Source of the DNA: a candidate division WOR-3 bacterium
GTDB taxonomy: Bacteria; Hydrothermota; Hydrothermia; LBFQ01
Length of the DNA stretch: 64,000 nucleotides
Direction: 5' to 3'
Assembly (NCBI GenBank): GCA_027002825.1
Contig: JALWZG010000018.1
Location: forward strand, 2,661 to 66,660
The position numbers and the translations under genes were made by a program. Positions 57,842 to 64,000 of this stretch are shown in pieces. Position 1 is the stretch's first letter, and the number at the start of each line of letters is the position of its first letter. The notes below the pieces were generated by a model. It saw nothing but the letters and a program-made list of their open reading frames with translations, was not told the DNA's origin and ran no database searches.

Positions 57842-59984
57842 AAAGGGACCCATCCCCATAGAGGTTCTTGCCAAGGAGCTCAAGGTGGATCCGAAGATAA
57901 TCATCCGGATCCTCAGGGATAACGGATACAAACACGTTCGCAGTAAGACCCACAACCTCAACCGCAACATGGAGATGCTGGTCAGGAGGAAGATAGAGGA
58001 GCAGAGGAGGAAGATCTCACAGGAGCTCCAGGTGAAGAAGGAGATTTACAAACCACCCACCCAGCCCCAGAGGAGGGTTAGAAGGAAGGAGGAGAGGAGG
58101 GTTGACGAGAGGAGGCCAAAGCAGGTCAAGAAGATCAGCAAGAGCAGGACCAAACCCAAACCCAAGAAACAGGAGGTTGAGAGGAAACAGGTTGAAAGGA
58201 TAATCGTGTCCGGTCCCATGTCCCTGAGGGAGTTTGCGGACGCCATAGGGAGGGAGCCGGAGGAGGTCATACAGAAGGCCTTCATGATGGGCACACTCCT
58301 GACCATAAACCACATACTCGACCCCGAGATGATAACAGCCCTCGCCTCGGAGTTTGGGGTTGAGGTTGAGTTCTCGGAGGCGGCGGAGGAGCTTGTGGAA
58401 GAGGACGAGGGACTCTACTCCGACTGGAGGAAACGGCCACCCATCGTCACGGTTATGGGACACGTGGATCACGGAAAGACAAGCCTTTTGGACGCCATAC
58501 GCCGGACGAGGGTGGCGGAGTCGGAGGCCGGAGGTATAACCCAAAGCATAGGGGCCTCGGTGGTAAAGCACGGCGATTACGAGATCATATTCATAGACAC
58601 CCCCGGACACGAGGCCTTTGCCGCCATGAGGGCGAGGGGGGCGCAGGTCACGGATATAGTGGTCCTCGTAGTCGCCGCGAACGAGGGCGTAAAACCACAA
58701 ACGGTTGAGGCCATAAACCACGCCAAGACGGCCGGCGTCCCCATAATCGTCGCCATAAACAAAATAGACGTCCCCGGAGCCGACCCCATGAAGGTGAAAA
58801 ACGAGTTGATGAGGTACGGACTTGTGCCCGAGGAGTACGGGGGGGATACGATAACGGTTGAGGTCTCCGCCCTCAAAAGGATCGGCATAGACGACCTTTT
58901 GGACGCCATCATCCTGAAGGCGGAGGAGCTGGACCTAAAGGCCCCTTACAGGGGTCCGGCAAGGGGCGTGATAATAGAGTCAAGGATGGACACAAAGGGT
59001 AAAGGTCCCCTCGGAAGCCTCATCATACAGAAGGGTACGCTGCGCGTCGGAGACGCCTTCTGGTGTGGCCCCACCTACGGTAAGGTCCGTGCCATGTACG
59101 TCATAAACGTTGAGGGGAACAGGACGGTTGAAAGCCGCCTCAAGGAGGCCACACCCTCCATGCCCGTCGTGGTTCAGGGGTTTGAGGAGGTTCCGAGGGC
59201 GGGGGACATACTCGTCGTGGTACCCGATGTTCAGGAGGCAAAGGAGAGGGCCGAGGAGTACCGGGAGACCGTCAAATACCAGATAGAAAAGAGGATAGAC
59301 GTCAAGTTGATGAAGAGGATACAGGAGAAGCTGAAGGCCGGTGAGAAGCTGAAGGTCCCCGTGATAGTGAAGGCCGACACACAGGGATCGGTTGAGGCCC
59401 TCGTCCAGGCCGTCGCCAAGATGAAGTTCAAGGAGATAGAACCCGAGGTTATACACAGCGCCGTCGGACCCGTAACGCTCACCGATGTGGATCTCGCGAC
59501 CGCGGCGGAAGGGGTCATACTCGCCTTTAACACCCGCATAAACAACGACGCCCGCAGGCTGGCGGAATCCCGCGGAGTTCCCATAAGGTCCCACAAGGTC
59601 ATATACCACCTGCTTGAAGATCTGGAGAACATACTCGCCAGCAACCTTGAACCTGAGATAGAGGAGGTGAAGGTGGGTGAGGCCGAGGTAAAGGCCGTGT
59701 TCAACACGAAGGTGGGAACGGTGGCCGGATGTTTCGTCAGGTCGGGTAAGATCACCAGGGACGGCTTTGTAAGGGTTTTGAGGGATGGAGAGGTTATAGC
59801 ACAGAGCAGGATAGCATCGCTTAAGAGGTTCAAGGATGATGTAAAGGAGGTGCAGGAGGGGTACGAGTGCGGTGTCAGGCTTGAGAGCTTCAACAAGTTC
59901 AAGGTGGGGGACGTGTTTGAGGTTTACGTCCAGCAGAAGAAGATGAGGGAGTTGACAAGGGAGGAGGTCAGCGACACCCCTTAA
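57834..59984 (+). CDS. infB: Translation initiation factor IF-2
   Basis: Basic N-terminal region, G-domain [14 protein letters not shown]...DTPGHEAF...NKID; 8-nt overlap with nusA. Confidence 0.95.
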   Translation: MSKKGPIPIEVLAKELKVDPKIIIRILRDNGYKHVRSKTHNLNRNMEMLVRRKIEEQRRKISQELQVKKEIYKPPTQPQRRVRRKEERRVDERRPKQVKKISKSRTKPKPKKQEVERKQVERIIVSGPMSLREFADAIGREPEEVIQKAFMMGTLLTINHILDPEMITALASEFGVEVEFSEAAEELVEEDEGLYSDWRKRPPIVTVMGHVDHGKTSLLDAIRRTRVAESEAGGITQSIGASVVKHGDYEIIFIDTPGHEAFAAMRARGAQVTDIVVLVVAANEGVKPQTVEAINHAKTAGVPIIVAINKIDVPGADPMKVKNELMRYGLVPEEYGGDTITVEVSALKRIGIDDLLDAIILKAEELDLKAPYRGPARGVIIESRMDTKGKGPLGSLIIQKGTLRVGDAFWCGPTYGKVRAMYVINVEGNRTVESRLKEATPSMPVVVQGFEEVPRAGDILVVVPDVQEAKERAEEYRETVKYQIEKRIDVKLMKRIQEKLKAGEKLKVPVIVKADTQGSVEALVQAVAKMKFKEIEPEVIHSAVGPVTLTDVDLATAAEGVILAFNTRINNDARRLAESRGVPIRSHKVIYHLLEDLENILASNLEPEIEEVKVGEAEVKAVFNTKVGTVAGCFVRSGKITRDGFVRVLRDGEVIAQSRIASLKRFKDDVKEVQEGYECGVRLESFNKFKVGDVFEVYVQQKKMRELTREEVSDTP

Positions 59985-60822
59985 CCTTCCCCTTTCGCAC
60001 GTACCTGACACCGGGAGGTCTGAAGACGGGTTTGAAGGTGTGGATGCATCCGTCCCCATCCTCAACCAAAACCACAAACTTTAAAATGGAGGAGTACACA
60101 GCGATGGCTGTTATATCCCTGTAGAAGGTGTAATAACCCCTCTTGGCGTCAACGGTCAGCATTCCACGGTCCCCCAGGGCCACATGCACCAAGCCGTGGG
60201 AGTAGGAGATATCTATGGGCCTTCTCTCAACCTCCACCCTCACAACCTCCCTTCCCCTCCTGATCACCTTCAAGGTCCTCCCGTAGGTGATCAAAAACGC
60301 GCTATCGGAAAGGCTCAAAAGGTAAACCCTTTCCGCCCCCTTGAACACACCCTTTTCCTCAAAACACTTTATCGTCCACGGCAACACCTCACATCCCAAA
60401 ATCCTGTTCCCGTACTCAAACGTGGTATCGAGTTTTAGCTCAAATCCCTGGACGGAGTACAGCTCCGCCCGGTTTCCGCTGTAAAGGAGAAGTCGGATGT
60501 AATCCCCGAAATAGTAGAAAAAACCCTTCTTTCCCCTACACGTTTCGTCAAAACGTTCCTTCTTCACCCGGTCCTTCAGGAGCTTGTAGAAGTAGCAACC
60601 GGATGGACTGAGGACGGCCAAGGTGTCCGGTTCTTTGAAGGAGAAACTCAGGGCAAAATCCTCAAGCCTCACCCTCACTATCTCCTCCACCTTCATCTCC
60701 TCTTCCCTGAAGTTCATTATACCCAAGGAGGGTTGAGACCTGTAGCCCCAGAGAAAGATGTAGTCCGTACCCCCCAACGGATTCCTGTAAAACTTCTGGG
60801 CTATCAGGACAAGAGCGACCAT
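59968..60822 (-). CDS. Hypothetical protein (beta-rich); true start may be M36 (60717)
   Basis: Coding-like ORF, no motif; convergent 17-nt overlap with infB. Confidence 0.35.
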   Translation of the reverse strand: MVALVLIAQKFYRNPLGGTDYIFLWGYRSQPSLGIMNFREEEMKVEEIVRVRLEDFALSFSFKEPDTLAVLSPSGCYFYKLLKDRVKKERFDETCRGKKGFFYYFGDYIRLLLYSGNRAELYSVQGFELKLDTTFEYGNRILGCEVLPWTIKCFEEKGVFKGAERVYLLSLSDSAFLITYGRTLKVIRRGREVVRVEVERRPIDISYSHGLVHVALGDRGMLTVDAKRGYYTFYRDITAIAVYSSILKFVVLVEDGDGCIHTFKPVFRPPGVRYVRKGKVKGCR

Positions 60823-61439
60823 ATGGGTACAATCGCAAAAGCCGGAAGCGTGTTGGCCGTGGGGAACCTCAGCACCCCCAGGAGGTTGAGGGCTATCAGG
60901 AGGAGTACCATACCACCCGTGGCGTTGAAGACTGAGAGGTCGGGGTTTTGGCCTGCGAGCAGAAGGACGGAGAGACCCAGGGATACCTGTACGAGTAGGA
61001 GGGCGGGTGCGGAGAGCAGGACGGATGCGCCGAGGACGGAGGACAACAGGAGGGAGGCAACACCGTCAAGGGCGGCCTTCACAAAAAGCACGTCCGGTTG
61101 CCCGAGGGCATCCCTAACCGACCCCACCACCGTCATGGGACCGACGCAGAAGAGGAGGAGGGCTGTCAGGAAACCCCCTCCCCCCGCGTGCCTTTTCAAA
61201 AACCCCTCAAGGTTGACGGCCTCACCGATGATATAGCCGAGAAGCAGTGAGGCGGCCCCCTTTACCAGCTCCCCCTCAAGCGAGAGGTCAAAGGCCACCG
61301 CCATGGTTATAACCCCCAAGACCTTCATCAGGTTTCCCTTCATACCATCTCCCAACCTCCTCCCGAGGAGCAATCCAAAACTCCCTCCTACCAAAACCGC
61401 CACGGCGTTCACTGCCGTCCCCAGGAATGGAAAGGTCAA
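60804..61439 (-). CDS. DUF554-family integral membrane protein
   Basis: N-terminus FLGTAVNAVAVLVGGSFGLLLG and 6-TM glycine-rich layout typical of DUF554 (YdfK/YqgC-like). Confidence 0.55.
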   Translation of the reverse strand: MTFPFLGTAVNAVAVLVGGSFGLLLGRRLGDGMKGNLMKVLGVITMAVAFDLSLEGELVKGAASLLLGYIIGEAVNLEGFLKRHAGGGGFLTALLLFCVGPMTVVGSVRDALGQPDVLFVKAALDGVASLLLSSVLGASVLLSAPALLLVQVSLGLSVLLLAGQNPDLSVFNATGGMVLLLIALNLLGVLRFPTANTLPAFAIVPIWSLLS

Positions 61440-62929
61440 AAGATGTTAACCGCCCTGTACACCCAAAGCCTGATCACGTACGAGCCACCGGTGAGTTTGA
61501 GGGTGTGGAAATCTCCGGAGACCTCTCCGAGTAGGTACAGGTGTAAGGGTGTGGGTCTAACCCAGCCGTCCTTCTGCATCCTCTCTCCGGGCTGGAAATA
61601 ACCGAAGGTTATACCGACGTCGGCTATATCGGCATAGGTGAACTTCAGGGAAACATCCCCTTCCGCTCCGAGGTAGGAGTCCTGACCTTCGGGTGAGGAG
61701 GACTCGGCGAATACGAAACCGTCTATCCTGATTATCATGGACTGCTGGATGGGAAAGGCCTTGTACACGAGGTTGATGTTTGCCACGACGAAGTTGGACG
61801 GGTTGAAGAAGTATATGCTCCTGTAGTTGTCCGGCCTGTAGTTCCACGTGAAGACCTCGCCCGTGCCCGTCCAGTGGGTCCACGGACTGAAGACGTGTAT
61901 TCCGGAGGTCCTCATCACGGGGGAGATCCACGCCTCGTACATACCATCCGTGTTGGGGTTGTCTCCGCTGAAGGTGAAGAAGGAGATCCCTCCGCTGACC
62001 TGATCCGTAAAATCGTAATCCGCCCTTATACCTATGGCGTAGGCGTTCAGATCCATGCTCTGTCCACCGACCACATCGTATATCTGATCCGGGAAGTCCC
62101 CGAACACGCCCTTACGGGACTCCCATTTCCCCGTCATATAACCCACCTCCGCGTCCATTCTGAAATTCCCTATAGGCCCAACCGAGATATAACCCCCCAC
62201 CCAGTAGGGGTTGAAACCTGCGCCGATCTGCCTCTGCTCGCTCATCATGGCGGCGTATATGTAGAAGGAGTAGTTGTCCCTTGCTCCCTTTTTCCTCTGG
62301 AGGAAAACCGCCCAAGTCTCAACGTCGTACTTCGTGTAAATCCACTTGTACTCCACCTGACCCGATTCCTTGTTGTAGTACGCGAAGGGGTAGTACAGCT
62401 TGTCAACCTGACGGGCACCACTCTCGTTGTTCTTCACGTAAAGCACGTCCAGATACCACTCCCATGCGGGACTGAACCTGTACCCCAACCTTATGGCGTT
62501 GTTCCCAAATCCGTGGTAATCGCTGAACGCCAAACCCTGGCCGAAGTTTATTATTTGACGACCCATCCTGAGGACCGCCTGACCTCCTATGGGGGGGATA
62601 AAGGTGTCGAGCTGAACGTAGGCTTCGGAGACGCCTACGGGTAGACCGTTTATGGCACTGGAGGCTTCACCTGAGAACATTCCGGCTATTCCAAGGGTGA
62701 ACCTGTCGGCAAAGCTGATACTCACACCCGCTCTCGCCCTCAGGACGTTTAAAATATCGCCTGTACCGGGTGATGGAACTCCCGTGAGGTCGGGTATGGG
62801 TTGCGCTATGTACGTCGTCGCCCCGAACACCTCGGCGTAGGTCTGCAGTCTGGTGGGTTGCTCCTCTCGGTATATCTCGTCCTGGGCAAAAAGCATTCCG
62901 GGCAAAAACATCAAAAGAACTTTCCGCAT
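61436..62929 (-). CDS. Outer-membrane beta-barrel protein (porin/alginate-export-like)
   Basis: Signal peptide MRKVLLMFLPGMLFAQ, alternating amphipathic beta strands rich in Y/G/N, C-terminal aromatic ...RAVNIF. Confidence 0.5.
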   Translation of the reverse strand: MRKVLLMFLPGMLFAQDEIYREEQPTRLQTYAEVFGATTYIAQPIPDLTGVPSPGTGDILNVLRARAGVSISFADRFTLGIAGMFSGEASSAINGLPVGVSEAYVQLDTFIPPIGGQAVLRMGRQIINFGQGLAFSDYHGFGNNAIRLGYRFSPAWEWYLDVLYVKNNESGARQVDKLYYPFAYYNKESGQVEYKWIYTKYDVETWAVFLQRKKGARDNYSFYIYAAMMSEQRQIGAGFNPYWVGGYISVGPIGNFRMDAEVGYMTGKWESRKGVFGDFPDQIYDVVGGQSMDLNAYAIGIRADYDFTDQVSGGISFFTFSGDNPNTDGMYEAWISPVMRTSGIHVFSPWTHWTGTGEVFTWNYRPDNYRSIYFFNPSNFVVANINLVYKAFPIQQSMIIRIDGFVFAESSSPEGQDSYLGAEGDVSLKFTYADIADVGITFGYFQPGERMQKDGWVRPTPLHLYLLGEVSGDFHTLKLTGGSYVIRLWVYRAVNIF

Positions 62930-62970
62930 AGTGTTGTATTATAGTCTGGAACGGGGTGTGGGTTTACCCT

Positions 62971-64000
62971 TTAGGATGATTTCGGCCTGAACTGCACCTC
63001 TTTGAGGTCGTAGGATGCCCTCCCCTTTGAAGCGGATCTGAGCCTGTCGGCCAGGTCAAACGTGTTCTTGAGCGGGAGGACACTCTCAACCACCTGATAG
63101 CCGAACTCCTCCCAGATGTTCTTTATGTCCCCTCCGAGGGATCTCAGGACGTCCATTACAGCCCCCAGATGTTCGGGAGGGGTCTGGACCAAAGCCTTCA
63201 CGTAAGGCTCAAGGAGGACGGGTTTTGCCTTCTCAAAGGCCTCGCCCAAGGCCTTCAGCAGTGCGGCCCTAACCCCCAAAGGGGAGGCCTCTTCTGGGTT
63301 TTCCACGTACGCCCTCACCCTCACACCGATCACGGGATAGCCCATTATGGGGCCGAACTCCGTGCTTTCCCTGAAGGCCGAAAGGACGGCCTCGTACAGA
63401 GGCCCGATGTCCACACCCTCAACCTCTATCTCGTTCTCTTCCCCTTCGGCCGGCTCAACGACCACCCTGACCTTTCCCCTGTGGACCCTGTCGGCCGCCT
63501 CGTAATGGAACTCCGCCCTGCTCTCGGCCCTTGCCGTGATGCTCTCCCTGTAGGATACGAAGGGCTTGCCCGTGCGCACCTCAAGGTTCATGTTCTCCTT
63601 CAACCTGCTGACGACGACGTCAAGGTGTAGTTTACCCATCCCGGTCAGGATTATCTGTCCGGTGCTCTCGTCCTTTTTGACCTTCAGGGATGGGTCCTCA
63701 ACCTCAAGGAAGTGGAGGGCCTCTTCAAGGCGTTCGGCGTCGCTGGAGTACTTCGGCTCAACCCTTACGGAGACGAGGGGTTGGGGGAACTCCATCCTGT
63801 CAAGCTCAACCACCTCTTTCTCGGACGTCAAGGTGTCCCCCGTTTGGGTGCTTTCGGAAAGTCCCACAAGGGCCACTATATCCCCTGCCCTCGCAACCCT
63901 AAGCTGTTCCTTGCGGTTGGCGAACATGCGGTATATCCGGGTGGCCCGCATGGTTTCACCGGTTCTGGGGTTGTAGAGTTTGGTCATGAAGGTTATCTCA
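62971..64000 (-). CDS. Elongation factor G-like GTPase, C-terminal part (domains II-V); N-terminus lies beyond the window end
   Basis: Domain II/III junction RAGDIVALVGLSESTQTGDTL and the domain IV-V sequence are EF-G-like; a complete EF-G is ~700 aa and only 343 codons (incl. stop) are inside the window. Confidence 0.8.
   Translation of the reverse strand, partial: EITFMTKLYNPRTGETMRATRIYRMFANRKEQLRVARAGDIVALVGLSESTQTGDTLTSEKEVVELDRMEFPQPLVSVRVEPKYSSDAERLEEALHFLEVEDPSLKVKKDESTGQIILTGMGKLHLDVVVSRLKENMNLEVRTGKPFVSYRESITARAESRAEFHYEAADRVHRGKVRVVVEPAEGEENEIEVEGVDIGPLYEAVLSAFRESTEFGPIMGYPVIGVRVRAYVENPEEASPLGVRAALLKALGEAFEKAKPVLLEPYVKALVQTPPEHLGAVMDVLRSLGGDIKNIWEEFGYQVVESVLPLKNTFDLADRLRSASKGRASYDLKEVQFRPKSS

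Overview
Compact, GC-rich, mostly housekeeping chromosomal segment. Amino-acid composition looks thermophilic (high E/K/R/V/Y/L). Genes are tightly packed, with many 4-nt ATGA and 1-nt TGATG start/stop overlaps. Recognisable genes include ispG, clpC-type AAA+ ATPase, a Na/Pi-cotransporter-PhoU fusion, two penicillin-binding transpeptidases, an EnvC-like M23 peptidase, priA, a menA-like prenyltransferase, coaD, an Nth-like glycosylase, ileS, metG, truB, two SurA-like PPIases, the rimP-nusA-infB operon and a partial EF-G-like gene. Accessory content: (i) a 14-repeat CRISPR array with 30-nt repeats and 36-40-nt spacers, and no cas gene anywhere in the 64 kb; (ii) a stand-alone 5S rRNA gene with its own promoter; (iii) a metG-SQR-DUF1641-Rieske-cytochrome b-pentaheme cytochrome c respiratory cluster; (iv) a Roadblock/LC7 + protoglobin two-gene operon; (v) four secreted proteins with T9SS-type C-terminal sorting domains (lamin-tail-domain protein, M14 carboxypeptidase, two beta-propeller proteins), which by inference suggests an FCB-group thermophile; (vi) a polysaccharide cluster (Wzz-like, GT4, GT2, two GT-C paralogs). 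Coordinates follow the supplied ORF track. Positions I read directly from the text (CRISPR repeats, 5S, promoters) may be off by 1-2 nt.
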